Virus record (IMG/VR): IMGVR_UViG_3300023179_000096
Span: 5,935 to 69,934 of that record
Length of the DNA stretch: 64,000 nt
Source: a virus
Strand: one strand, 5' to 3'
Under the pieces are notes generated by a model, which saw nothing but the letters and a program-made list of their open reading frames with translations, made no database searches and was not told the DNA's origin. Both the position numbers and the translations under genes were made by a program. This document shows, in pieces, positions 15,630-26,249 of this stretch (positions are counted from its first letter, which is position 1; every line of letters begins with the position of its first letter).

Positions 15630-17938
15630 TTGATATTCTTTCCGCTCAAATTAAAGGTGTTATTGAAAATTCTGTTTTTAATCAAGTAAACGGTCTAGGT
15701 TTAGGTGTTTCTAATCCTATTCTTAGAGCTATATCTTCGAGAGCTGCAGAAGAACTATCTGTTATAGTTGCTCAATCAGTAAATTTAGGTACCAATAGAC
15801 AGATTAATACTATACCTCAAAATCTTATTGGACCTAAAAACCCGGTAAATCTTACCACGGGTAATTTAGGTAGTACAGGTGTAGCAGGTAACCTTGGTAA
15901 CCTTCTTAATACTCAATTAAATTTACAGCTGACCGATAAATTAGTTACTATAATAGAAAGAGAATTAAAACTTTCTCTTCCCGCGGATAAACGAGGTATA
16001 ATTAATTTTTCCGCCGTAGCAGCTACTTTAACCCAAGTACTAACCCCTACAGTAAGCAGCTCTATAGATACTGTTTTAAATGGTGTAACTGGGGCTATTT
16101 TTAGCAGAAATCAATCTACACCATTAACCCTGCCTAACGCTTCTAGTCTGTTTAGTTCTTTTTTGGGTGGGAGATCAGGATTATCTTTTAATCAATTACA
16201 AGGTCAAATTACTAGACAATATTCTCAGTCCACAGCTACAAAGTATCTTGGTCAGGCAAAAACTTTTAATATAAACAATTCTCTTAACCAAGAAAAATTA
16301 GTTTCTTTAAAACAAGGTTTTATCGATCCTGAAGCTAATTACCCTACAAAAGAATACGCAGGGTTATCTGAGACAAATAAACTAGCTCAAGGGGATGTCA
16401 AAGGTACTATAGTTCAATCAAAGAATTTAAATCGAATGATTGGAGCTAAACTTCCGGGAGGAGAATCCTGGGAGCAACCTGAATCTCCTTACAAAGGGGA
16501 ATACCCTTACAATAAGGTCACACAAACAGAAGGTGGCCATATTTTAGAAATGGACGATACACCAGGTGCAGAAAGAATTCATTTATATCATAAATCTGGA
16601 ACTTTCGTAGAAATAGATGTAAACGGCTCAGTTGTGATGCGTACTAAGGGTTCAAAATATGAAATAATTGATCGCAACGGTAAGATAGCTATAACTGGAA
16701 GTGCCGATATCTCTGTAAATGGTGCTTGTAATATTTTTGTAGGCAATGATGCAAATATAGAAGTTGAGGGCGATACCAATATAATTTGTCATAACGATAT
16801 TACCGCTCAAGCCGGTGGAACATTTAACTTGTCAGCTGTTGAAGAATTTAATATTTCTTCAGGTAATGTAAATATAGAAGCTTATAATGCTATGAATGTA
16901 AAGTCTAACGTTGCACTTATAGTAAGTACAACAAAAGATTTGTCGTTTCGTTCAAACACTAATGCATATTTGCAAGCTACAACATTATTTCAAAATACTA
17001 CCAACAGCTATCATCAAACTATAGCAAGTATATATGAAAAACTCGGTGGTTCGAAATTTACTCAAACTGTAGGCGCAGTTAACTATCAAATAGGTGAAAA
17101 TTTTAATGCTGACACCGGAGGAGAAATATATCTCAACTCTGGTAACGCTGTTGACTCTAAGGACAGTAAATCTGCTAATGTTGCTGGACCATCAAATATA
17201 GGTATTATTTCTGGCAGAAGAGATGTTACTGATAATTCTATTGATGATCCTGTAACTTTAACACTTGCTGACCCATATGCTTTAAAATTAGAAGAAGAGC
17301 CCGCTGCATCTGGGGAATATTCTGCTCATAAGGATCTGATACTTACATCAGGGTTTGCTACTGCAGAAGAATTTGATACTGAACCAATATCTATTGAAAC
17401 ATTTAATGAATCTAGCACACAAAGTGAATTAATAACTCCATCAGAAGATATTAAGAAATTTACTGATCTCCCGGGTAATTTTAATTTATCACCTAATTTT
17501 ACAGTAGAGATGCTTTCCTCTAAAGCTGCGCTTACAAAGAATTTTATTGAAGAAGATCCTCAAGGTCTTAAATTTGGTGAGATAATTTACAATCTTGCTT
17601 CTGTTTCTTTAAATATTTTAGAACCAGCATATAACATTTATCCTAAACTATTCGTAGCATCCGGATATAGATCAATCACGGCAAGCTCAAAGAATTCTTC
17701 CCATCCTTTAGGTAAATGTGTTGATATACAGTTTCAGGGTGCAACGAAAGATGACTATTATATCTTTGCTAAAGAACTAGTTAAAGTTTTAAATTATGAT
17801 CAGTTGATTCTCCATTATTGTAACTATACTAACAACCCATGGATTCATATTTCCTTTGATGGTTCTAATAATAGAAAAGAAGTATTAACGTTTTGGAATA
17901 ATAAGAAATTTTCTAGCGGATTGGCAAAGTTAGTGTAA
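15626..17938 (+). CDS. gp5 C-terminal part: beta-helix spike plus peptidase M15-like domain
   Basis: YPYNKVTQTEGGHILEMDDTPGAERIHLYHKSGTF; later SGYRS, SHPLGKCVD, WIHIS. Confidence 0.8.
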   Translation: MIDILSAQIKGVIENSVFNQVNGLGLGVSNPILRAISSRAAEELSVIVAQSVNLGTNRQINTIPQNLIGPKNPVNLTTGNLGSTGVAGNLGNLLNTQLNLQLTDKLVTIIERELKLSLPADKRGIINFSAVAATLTQVLTPTVSSSIDTVLNGVTGAIFSRNQSTPLTLPNASSLFSSFLGGRSGLSFNQLQGQITRQYSQSTATKYLGQAKTFNINNSLNQEKLVSLKQGFIDPEANYPTKEYAGLSETNKLAQGDVKGTIVQSKNLNRMIGAKLPGGESWEQPESPYKGEYPYNKVTQTEGGHILEMDDTPGAERIHLYHKSGTFVEIDVNGSVVMRTKGSKYEIIDRNGKIAITGSADISVNGACNIFVGNDANIEVEGDTNIICHNDITAQAGGTFNLSAVEEFNISSGNVNIEAYNAMNVKSNVALIVSTTKDLSFRSNTNAYLQATTLFQNTTNSYHQTIASIYEKLGGSKFTQTVGAVNYQIGENFNADTGGEIYLNSGNAVDSKDSKSANVAGPSNIGIISGRRDVTDNSIDDPVTLTLADPYALKLEEEPAASGEYSAHKDLILTSGFATAEEFDTEPISIETFNESSTQSELITPSEDIKKFTDLPGNFNLSPNFTVEMLSSKAALTKNFIEEDPQGLKFGEIIYNLASVSLNILEPAYNIYPKLFVASGYRSITASSKNSSHPLGKCVDIQFQGATKDDYYIFAKELVKVLNYDQLILHYCNYTNNPWIHISFDGSNNRKEVLTFWNNKKFSSGLAKLV

Positions 17939-18600
17939 TGACAATTTTAGGTGCATCCATCAGTGGCGGTTTTTCGGATCCAGAACTATTTGGAACTGAG
18001 CCCCCTGGTACAAATTTAAATGCGGTATATGAGTATAGTGATTTTGTAGATAAAATAACCGTTACGTTAATTAATGAAGATCCTTTGTTACCCCCGTATA
18101 CTAGACTGGATAATCTAAGAGCTAATGTTTCTGTTAATGGGACTCCCATCACTCTAGGAGAAATATCTGCTAATGGAAATGTAGTGTTGAATATAACTTA
18201 CAATTCCCCTAATACTAACTCTGTTAGTGGGTTGTTCGTTACAACGACTATAGAAAGCTCCAATACTATAGGTAACATTTATATTACAGGCAACATACAA
18301 AATGCTTTTCCGGACAAGTACTGGGAATATAAAGATTTTGTAAGTAAAGAAAGCATAGTTGTTGACTCTACATTTGATATTCCAGATAGCGATGTAGGCA
18401 TTTATACCTATAAACCCTCTTTCATGCGGTATATTAATATTGAATTTAATGTAGTTGCAGGGTTTAATTCTGGGACTGTATCTAAAACTATTCTTAAAAA
18501 AGTTTATAATGATTGGGATATAAATAGAATAGCCCTTATTTCCCAGGTAACAAGAGAAGAAAGTTATCGATCCAATAATTACCCGAAGGGGGGAATTTAA
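17938..18600 (+). CDS. Hypothetical baseplate-associated protein
   Basis: Translationally coupled between gp5C and PAAR. Confidence 0.7.
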   Translation: MTILGASISGGFSDPELFGTEPPGTNLNAVYEYSDFVDKITVTLINEDPLLPPYTRLDNLRANVSVNGTPITLGEISANGNVVLNITYNSPNTNSVSGLFVTTTIESSNTIGNIYITGNIQNAFPDKYWEYKDFVSKESIVVDSTFDIPDSDVGIYTYKPSFMRYINIEFNVVAGFNSGTVSKTILKKVYNDWDINRIALISQVTREESYRSNNYPKGGI

Positions 18601-18899
18601 TGGCAGCTGCATCTAGAAGAGGGGATATGAGTGCCGGGCACGGTTGCTTCCCGCCTACTGCATGTGTAGATGCTTTAGCATCAAAAACATATATTAATGG
18701 TATTCTTGCACAAAAGCTAGGTTCAAAATTTAATACTCATCGTTGTGGTAAAACCGTTCATCCTACATCAGCAAGAACGACCTCATCAGGTTCTAGCAAG
18801 GTTTTTATAGAAGGATCACCTGCGATTAGAATAGGAGACCCCATAACTTGTGGGGATACAGTAGCGCAAGGTTCCCCTAACGTTCAAATTGGTGGATAA
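18600..18899 (+). CDS. 5.4: PAAR spike-tip protein gp5.4
   Basis: RRGD...GHGCFPP, H, PAIRIGDPITCG, GSPNV. Confidence 0.9.
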   Translation: MAAASRRGDMSAGHGCFPPTACVDALASKTYINGILAQKLGSKFNTHRCGKTVHPTSARTTSSGSSKVFIEGSPAIRIGDPITCGDTVAQGSPNVQIGG

Positions 18900-18902
18900 A
18901 TA
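18895..18902 (+). promoter_or_regulatory. Possible late promoter before gp25
   Basis: GATAAATA ending 5 nt before the gp25 ATG. Confidence 0.4.
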
Positions 18903-18907
18903 ATTAA

Positions 18908-19309
18908 ATGTCAACCATTAATAGAAAAACAAGACAGTTCACGGATATAAATTTGTTATTTTCAATACATCCGTCAACTGCTGATATCACTAAAAAAACA
19001 GACGAAGAGGCTGTTAAGGCTTCTATACGTAATTTAATTCAGACAAAAAATTATGAAAGACCTTTTCACCCGGAAATTGGATGTCAGGTTTTCAGCCTAT
19101 TGTTTGAAAATTTTACCCCTATTACAAAACAGGTAATGAAAAAAACGATTTTTGATGTTATTGATAAATTTGAACCCAGAGCTCAAATAATAGATGTAAT
19201 AATTAGAGACAGGCAGGATAATAATTCTATAGATATTGACATTATTTTTAAACTTCTTAATTCCGAGAAGCCCGTTACCCTAAGAACCGCAATTTCACGA
19301 GTAAGATAA
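18908..19309 (+). CDS. 25: Baseplate wedge gp25
   Basis: AVKASIRNLIQT...ERPFHPEIG, FEPR. Confidence 0.93.
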   Translation: MSTINRKTRQFTDINLLFSIHPSTADITKKTDEEAVKASIRNLIQTKNYERPFHPEIGCQVFSLLFENFTPITKQVMKKTIFDVIDKFEPRAQIIDVIIRDRQDNNSIDIDIIFKLLNSEKPVTLRTAISRVR

Positions 19310-21150
19310 TGGCCAACCTTAGAATATCAGAGTTAGATTTTGACACTATCAAAACTAACCTAAAAACCTATTTACAATCTCAAAACGAATTTTCCGATTA
19401 CGATTTTGAAGGTTCGGGTCTTTCTATTCTAATTGACCTATTAGCATATAACACCCACTATAACGCATATCTTGCTAATATGTTAGCAAATGAAATGTTT
19501 TTAGATTCAGCGGTAAAAAGATCCTCAGTTGTTTCTATTGCCAAGCATTTAGGATATACGCCGCGGTCAGTAACGGGTTCAAAAGCATTTCTTAATATTG
19601 TAGTGAATAATCCTACCGGTACACCGGCAACTCTAACTATGGATAGATATACTTCTTTTACTTCGTTAATAAACGGTACATCATATACGTTTTTAACAAC
19701 AGAGCCTTATACTATTCAACCGTCTGGAGGGATATACTCTTTTTCCAATATTCCTGTTAAAGAAGGAAAAATACTTGAATATTTTTATACTGTTGTTACA
19801 CCAGGACCAGATGAAAAATATGAAATACCCAACTCTGCAGTAGATACGTCTACTATGTTAGTAACGGTTCAAAATTCCTCAACGGATAATTCTACAATAA
19901 CTTATACGTTAGCAACTGATATAACTACAATCACCGACGTATCTACCGTTTATTTTTTAGAAGAAAATCCGTTAGGAAATTTTCAGATTTATTTTGGAGA
20001 TGGGATATTAGGTAAGAAACTAACTGCTGGTAATATTATAAAAATTCAATATCTTACAAGTTCTGGATCAATATCTAACGTTTCGGGTAATATTTCTCAA
20101 AGCTTTACTGCTGATAATACTATTGGTGGTTCAAGTAATATAGTTGTAACAACCGTTTCAAATTCTACCGGGGGCACAGAAAGAGAACCTATTTCATCAA
20201 TTAAATTTAATGCTCCTAGATCAAATATAGCTAAGAGCAGAGCGGTGACTAAAGCTGATTATTCTTCTATAATCAAAGCTCAATACTCTTCGGTAGAATC
20301 AATATCAGTGTGGGGTGGAGAAGAGAACGATCCTCCAGTATACGGTAAAGTTTTAATTTCTCTAAAACCCTATGCAGGTTTCTTTATTGATGATATAACT
20401 AAGACAAATATTAAAAATACTATACTTAAAGATAGAAACGTACTTACTGTTTTTCCGGAATTCGTTGACCCAGATTATATCTATGTTAACCTGACAGCTA
20501 ACGTAAACTATAATAAAAATATAACGACTCTTAATCAATCTCAAATAAGTAATTTAATAAGACAACAAATTAATACCTATTTTAATCAAAATTTACAACA
20601 GTTTGAAAAACCTTTTTATTATTCTCAATTAATTGAAGCTCTTAATAATGTAAATGATTCGGTTTTATCTGTTTTATTAAATATAAAAGTACAAAAACGT
20701 TTAGTCCCTATACTAAATGTTCAAAATGCTTATATTAATGAAAATGTTTTAAGGTTTAATAACAAATTAGAACCAGGTAATATCGAATCTACTAGATTTT
20801 TTATTGTAAGAAACGGTACTACAATAACCACCAGAATACATGATGTACCTGATATAATGCCTCCTGATAGTAACGGAACAGGTACTTTAAGAATTTATAA
20901 TGTTGCTGATAATACCGATCTAGGTGCTATAGGAACGGTCAATTATTCCTCCGGGATAATGTCTATTACTGGGATAACACCTGTAGGCTATCCTGCCAAT
21001 CAGTTTGAAATAATTATTACTGCTAGTGCTCAAGAAGACAGCTACAATATTTCTTCAGCGCGCAATCAAATTATTGTTGTTGATGACAGTACAGAAAACC
21101 CATCTTCTAGTCGATTGCCTGGAATTACAATTAATGTAACTGCAGTATAA
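19309..21150 (+). CDS. 6: Baseplate wedge gp6
   Basis: ELDFDTIK, DYDFEGSGLS, LAYNTHYNA, RAVTKADY, VWGGE. Confidence 0.95.
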   Translation: MANLRISELDFDTIKTNLKTYLQSQNEFSDYDFEGSGLSILIDLLAYNTHYNAYLANMLANEMFLDSAVKRSSVVSIAKHLGYTPRSVTGSKAFLNIVVNNPTGTPATLTMDRYTSFTSLINGTSYTFLTTEPYTIQPSGGIYSFSNIPVKEGKILEYFYTVVTPGPDEKYEIPNSAVDTSTMLVTVQNSSTDNSTITYTLATDITTITDVSTVYFLEENPLGNFQIYFGDGILGKKLTAGNIIKIQYLTSSGSISNVSGNISQSFTADNTIGGSSNIVVTTVSNSTGGTEREPISSIKFNAPRSNIAKSRAVTKADYSSIIKAQYSSVESISVWGGEENDPPVYGKVLISLKPYAGFFIDDITKTNIKNTILKDRNVLTVFPEFVDPDYIYVNLTANVNYNKNITTLNQSQISNLIRQQINTYFNQNLQQFEKPFYYSQLIEALNNVNDSVLSVLLNIKVQKRLVPILNVQNAYINENVLRFNNKLEPGNIESTRFFIVRNGTTITTRIHDVPDIMPPDSNGTGTLRIYNVADNTDLGAIGTVNYSSGIMSITGITPVGYPANQFEIIITASAQEDSYNISSARNQIIVVDDSTENPSSSRLPGITINVTAV

Positions 21151-23201
21151 TGACAAATAGAATTAAAGAAAAAATATCAACTTTAGTTTCATCACAACTG
21201 CCGGAATTTGTCCGGAGTGATTACACTACTTTTGTTACTTTTTTGGAAGCATACTATGAATTTCTTGAACAAGATCAGAATGCTCAAGAACTTATTCAAA
21301 ATGCAAGATCTTATAGTGATATTGACAGAACTGTCAATAGTTTTGTAGAATATTTTTTAAAGCAATTTTCTAATGACATTCCTAGATCGGTACTAGCTGA
21401 TAAAAAGTCTTTAGTTAAACGAATAAAAGATCTTTACGAAAATAAAGGTAACGAAAAGTCATATAAGTTACTTTTTAGAATTTTATTTAACAAACCTGTT
21501 GAAGTATTTTACCCATCCACGCAAATATTAAAAGCATCAGATGGTAAATGGGTTCAAGAAACTTCTATATTTTTGCAAACTGTTGTAGGTAATCCTAATT
21601 TAGCTGTAGGAAAAAATGTTGAGGTAATCTCTCCTTCTTCAAAGTACCCGTTATTTGTTCAGAAAAAAAGAATAGCGTCCAACTATCAAGGTATTATCCC
21701 TAATACATTTGAATTTATTATTAATAATAATAAAAATATTCCTATAAATGTAGGTGATTTTGTTGAAGTATATGGTTTTAAAGGTGTGGTTATAGGAGTA
21801 CCGGCTGCAGCTACCATAATACAAAAAGGCTCGGGGTTTAAGGTTGGTGATATTTTACCTCTTACATCAGGTCTAGGTATAGGGGCGAAATTAAAAGTAA
21901 CTAAAGTAGATGGAAACGGTGGTGTACTTAACGTTCAACTTCTAAGTTTTGGTGCAGGCTACGCCGGGGATTTCTATAATTTTTTCTCTGCCGAAACAAA
22001 TTCAGTTTCTAATACTTCATTTACTTTTGGAGGCGGGGTTGCAACTTTAAGAGATTCACTTTCAGGTTTTGTTGAGAGAGGATCTATAACTAAACCGTCA
22101 TACTCAGCAAGCAATTATTTTGCTGAAGATTATGATGGTTCTTTAATTTCAGAATTTTTTAATAGTACCTCTTTGACTTCATCGACAGGGAGACAGTCAG
22201 GTTCTATATCAGCATCTTCAGGGTTACCTTCCGATTGTGCGGTTTATATAAGAATAGGGTCAAAAGCTTTTTACCCTGGTCATTACCAAAATAATGATGG
22301 ATTTTTAAGTGATGATATATTTCTTGAAGATGGAGTATACTATCAGCCATTTACTTATGTAATAAAAGTAGAAGAGACTATTGAAAATTATCGAAAAGCT
22401 GTGCTCGATATATTGCATCCAGCAGGTACTAAATTATTAGGGGAGCTTACTTTAGATACCAACATAGATGTGAGCTCGACTATTACAGCAGCTATTCGCT
22501 ACCTAGTCAGTCATTTTCAAGATGTTTCAGGTGTCTTAGATAGTGGCGACTCAAAACATATCTTTAAAAATCTAGCAAATAATTTTTCTACCAGTGAATT
22601 TATTGCTAAAGATATTACCAAGCCGCGATCCGATATTATTAATGAAATACTAGATAATACTGCGCTCTTATTATCTAAATCTTTATCAGATAGCACCTCT
22701 AATGCTGATTCAGACAATAAAGATTATGATAAACGGTTAGGTTTTGGAGAAGGGTTACCTTATTCACAAGCAGGTTATTTTGCTGAAGATTACACCGAAG
22801 TTGCTGGTTTTAATTTAATTGTTTTAGAGGATAATTATTTTGAAGCGGTATTAGGTCGATTGCTGGATAATAACTTTTCATTATCTGAAGTAGTTGAGAT
22901 AGAGCATGTTATACCGTTACCAGAAATCTCATTATCAGTTGAAGATATAAGTCAAAACACTTTAGTTAATAAAAATTTAAATAACACAGCGAATATAATA
23001 GATACAGATATTCAAATCACTGGAGCGATTAATTACTTTATTAATTTTAGTACAGCTTCAGATACAAATGTGGTATCTTACTTGGATAAATATTCTGAAA
23101 TAGAACAGATAGCAGACTCAGGAACTATTTTTGTAACTGATTATGCTGATTTTACTTACTTTGCCGATGATTATGTCGGTACTACGCTCTATACCTTTTA
23201 A
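21150..23201 (+). CDS. 7: Baseplate wedge gp7-like
   Basis: QLPEFVR, FLEAYYEFLE, YYQPFTYVIK, LHPAG; lies between gp6 and gp8. Confidence 0.7.
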   Translation: MTNRIKEKISTLVSSQLPEFVRSDYTTFVTFLEAYYEFLEQDQNAQELIQNARSYSDIDRTVNSFVEYFLKQFSNDIPRSVLADKKSLVKRIKDLYENKGNEKSYKLLFRILFNKPVEVFYPSTQILKASDGKWVQETSIFLQTVVGNPNLAVGKNVEVISPSSKYPLFVQKKRIASNYQGIIPNTFEFIINNNKNIPINVGDFVEVYGFKGVVIGVPAAATIIQKGSGFKVGDILPLTSGLGIGAKLKVTKVDGNGGVLNVQLLSFGAGYAGDFYNFFSAETNSVSNTSFTFGGGVATLRDSLSGFVERGSITKPSYSASNYFAEDYDGSLISEFFNSTSLTSSTGRQSGSISASSGLPSDCAVYIRIGSKAFYPGHYQNNDGFLSDDIFLEDGVYYQPFTYVIKVEETIENYRKAVLDILHPAGTKLLGELTLDTNIDVSSTITAAIRYLVSHFQDVSGVLDSGDSKHIFKNLANNFSTSEFIAKDITKPRSDIINEILDNTALLLSKSLSDSTSNADSDNKDYDKRLGFGEGLPYSQAGYFAEDYTEVAGFNLIVLEDNYFEAVLGRLLDNNFSLSEVVEIEHVIPLPEISLSVEDISQNTLVNKNLNNTANIIDTDIQITGAINYFINFSTASDTNVVSYLDKYSEIEQIADSGTIFVTDYADFTYFADDYVGTTLYTF

Positions 23202-23213
23202 CAGGAGAATTAA

Positions 23214-23675
23214 ATGAATTTCGTCAGCAATGATTTTACCGGGGTAATTAATTTAACTGGTGATCTAATTATTACAAAAACAGCAGAAGATGGTACACAA
23301 GAAATTTTTGAAAGAAAAAATCTAGTAGTCTCAACCGGAAAAACAAATATTGCAGCAAGAATGGCTGGTAATACCGTTGCAGTTATGAGTCACATGGCTG
23401 TAGGAACTGGTAATACATCTGCAGTGGTTGGGGATACAACCCTTGCAACTGAACTTGCTCGAGTAGCTTTGACAGTTCAAGGCGGTACACCATCATCTAA
23501 TACAGTAACTTACTCTGCTGCGTTTCCGGCTGGTACCGGTACAGGTGCATTAGCTGAAGCAGGTGTTTTTAATGACCCGGCATCAGGTACTATGCTATGT
23601 AGAACGGTATTCCCTGTAATTAATAAACAGGCTGCAGATAGCATTACTATTACATGGGTAATTTCTATCACTTAA
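23214..23675 (+). CDS. Baseplate/fibre-attachment structural protein
   Basis: NLVVSTG, MAVGTG, EAGVFN, SITITW. Confidence 0.7.
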   Translation: MNFVSNDFTGVINLTGDLIITKTAEDGTQEIFERKNLVVSTGKTNIAARMAGNTVAVMSHMAVGTGNTSAVVGDTTLATELARVALTVQGGTPSSNTVTYSAAFPAGTGTGALAEAGVFNDPASGTMLCRTVFPVINKQAADSITITWVISIT

Positions 23676-23676
23676 T

Positions 23677-26241
23677 ATGCCAGTTTCTACTTTAGTTAAG
23701 CCGCTTCTTCATAATAGTATTGCGGATGCAGTTTTTAGCGAAATAAGCTCTAGAACTGGGAGATACTATTATTTTTTAGGGTCTGCTATCGATTGGGTAG
23801 ATCCTTTGAATCCCCCCACCCCTGTAGATTCATATAAGTACGAGCTTGATACTCGTGCAAATATTATTATTATAAAAGAAATACAATCCAATGATGTTTC
23901 ATATATTATTGATAGAGTGGATTGGACATCTGGTACCGTTTATGATATGTACGATGATATTTACTCAACTCAATTGGTTGGTATAAACCTAGAACAGGGT
24001 GGAGTTAACTATAGCTCAAATACTACAGTTTCAATAAGCGGTGGGGGTGGTTCCGGTGCTTCAGCTAATGCATCGATTTCAAATGGTAAAGTAGTATCTA
24101 TAACTCTTAATCAACCGGGTATTAATTACACTTCTAAGCCTAATGTTACAATAACAGATAGTTTTGGAAGTGGGGCTGTAGCTAATGCTGTTTTAGGTTA
24201 TTCTTACACCGGAGAGTCTAACCTTCAAAATTCTTTATTTTATGTAATAACAGATGATTTTAACATATATAAATGTCTAGATAACAGTAGTAATAGCCCC
24301 TCTACTGTAAAACCTGTAGATGTAGGAGCTGATGCGTTTGTTACTGATGACGGGTACAAATGGAAGTTTTTAGGTAATGTGCCTGTTTCATTAAGAAATA
24401 AATTTTTAACTTCATCTCAAGTACCGGTAACAACTGCTCTAAATTCACAATTTTATTCCCGCGGTGAAATAAAAAATTTAATAATTAAAAACACCGGTAA
24501 TAACTATAATTATGCAAGACTGGTAGTACAAGGAGATGGTTATTTAGAAGATGAACCATATATTGTTGTTCAAGCTAATATAATTTCCGGTGGTTCTGGG
24601 TACACTACAGCAAACATAATTATCGATCCACCAGTAGAAGGTGCTATAGATTGGGAAAGTCTAGTTCAGTATAATCAGGGTGAATTATTACAGCATGAAA
24701 ATAACATATATGAAGTAATTTTAGGGGGAACTACGGCGAGTTACCCCCCGGTTCATACCAAAGGTATATATTCAAATGGAACCGTAGCATTAAAGTATCG
24801 AGGTACACAAATTACTGCTAATGCAAACGTGTCTGGGGGATCTATAATATCTCTAGATAATTTAAATGGTATGGTAAAAGAAGTAGTAATTACAAATAAT
24901 GGCGCAGGGTATATTCAGGCTCCAAGTATAAATTTTTCAGGAGACGGGTCAAATGTTTCCGCATACTGTACTCTGTCAGGTAATACTATTAATAGAATTT
25001 ATTTTATAGATTATGGAAAAAACTATTCCACTGCTCCTACAGTTACTTTTGGAGAGCAGTGGCAGGCTAATACTACATACACTTTAAATAGTCAAATATT
25101 TTATAATGCTCGACTTTACACAGTGACAACTGCTGGTACAACTAATACCACGGCTCCTACCCATGTTACCGGTACTCGATTACTAGGTACAGCTAATCTA
25201 ACTTATGCTGGTGTACAAGCAACTGGTTATTCAGTTTTAAAATACGGGTCCGGGTATACAAAAGCGCCCTCCGTATCGGTTAACGGGGTCAGTCTATCTG
25301 CAGCTAATATTAAATTTGAAGCGGAGAAAACCGAAGCTATTCTTTACCCTTATATAGAAGATGGTAAGATTATTAATGTAATTATTGAAAACGGGGGTAC
25401 CGGATATACTTACGCAACTATAACTACCGTAGGTGATGGAACTAATGCGGAATTTTTGGTTAATTTATCTCAAGGGGATTTAGATACAATACAATCAACT
25501 AGTGAGTTGCTTTCTGTTTCAGGGGCTATTCATGCTATAAAAGTTGTCTCAGGGGGGTATGACTATACTGGGGCTAATGTAACTATTTCCGGTGATGGGT
25601 CTGGAGCAACAGCAAATGCTACTATAGTGAATGGTAAAATAACTAAAGTAAATGTTTTAAGTGAAGGTTCTGGTTATACTAAAGCCAATGTTTCTATTTC
25701 AGGCACTGGTAATGGTGCGACAGCCCGTGCAATAATTTCTCCCATAGGAGGGCACGGCAGGGACCCTATATCAGAACTTTATGCTAAGAAACTTGCTTTT
25801 TATTCAAATATTAATAGAGAAAAAAACCAAGGGTTTGACGTTACAAATGATTACAGACAGTTTGGAATTATTAAAAATATTAGAAACTATTTAAATAACA
25901 AATACTATGCAGGTTTGACCGGGTCTGCTTGCTGGTTAGTGAGCGGTAATGTAGATATAAATTTATTCACACCTGATACAGTTATTTCATCAGAAGGTAA
26001 AAAATATATAATAATTGCTTCTGATAACAACGGTATTTTAATAAGCTCTATTGACGGTAATACTAATCCTCCAAGTACAGGGGTCTATACCCACCCACAA
26101 GGTACTACTTTTACATCAACAGGAATTGTTGAGCCAGACGTAGATAAATACTCTGGTGAACTTTTATTTATTGATAATCGACAAGCATTTACATCTACTG
26201 AAGATCAAGCAGTATCTATTAAGACAGTATTTAATTACTAA
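23677..26241 (+). CDS. 8: Baseplate wedge gp8 with inserted repeat domains
   Basis: WTSGTVYDMY, YKCLDN, DGYKWKF, GGHG, DYRQFG, SGELLFIDNR; G(S/T)GYT repeats. Confidence 0.85.
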   Translation: MPVSTLVKPLLHNSIADAVFSEISSRTGRYYYFLGSAIDWVDPLNPPTPVDSYKYELDTRANIIIIKEIQSNDVSYIIDRVDWTSGTVYDMYDDIYSTQLVGINLEQGGVNYSSNTTVSISGGGGSGASANASISNGKVVSITLNQPGINYTSKPNVTITDSFGSGAVANAVLGYSYTGESNLQNSLFYVITDDFNIYKCLDNSSNSPSTVKPVDVGADAFVTDDGYKWKFLGNVPVSLRNKFLTSSQVPVTTALNSQFYSRGEIKNLIIKNTGNNYNYARLVVQGDGYLEDEPYIVVQANIISGGSGYTTANIIIDPPVEGAIDWESLVQYNQGELLQHENNIYEVILGGTTASYPPVHTKGIYSNGTVALKYRGTQITANANVSGGSIISLDNLNGMVKEVVITNNGAGYIQAPSINFSGDGSNVSAYCTLSGNTINRIYFIDYGKNYSTAPTVTFGEQWQANTTYTLNSQIFYNARLYTVTTAGTTNTTAPTHVTGTRLLGTANLTYAGVQATGYSVLKYGSGYTKAPSVSVNGVSLSAANIKFEAEKTEAILYPYIEDGKIINVIIENGGTGYTYATITTVGDGTNAEFLVNLSQGDLDTIQSTSELLSVSGAIHAIKVVSGGYDYTGANVTISGDGSGATANATIVNGKITKVNVLSEGSGYTKANVSISGTGNGATARAIISPIGGHGRDPISELYAKKLAFYSNINREKNQGFDVTNDYRQFGIIKNIRNYLNNKYYAGLTGSACWLVSGNVDINLFTPDTVISSEGKKYIIIASDNNGILISSIDGNTNPPSTGVYTHPQGTTFTSTGIVEPDVDKYSGELLFIDNRQAFTSTEDQAVSIKTVFNY

Positions 26242-26249
26242 GGTAAAAT

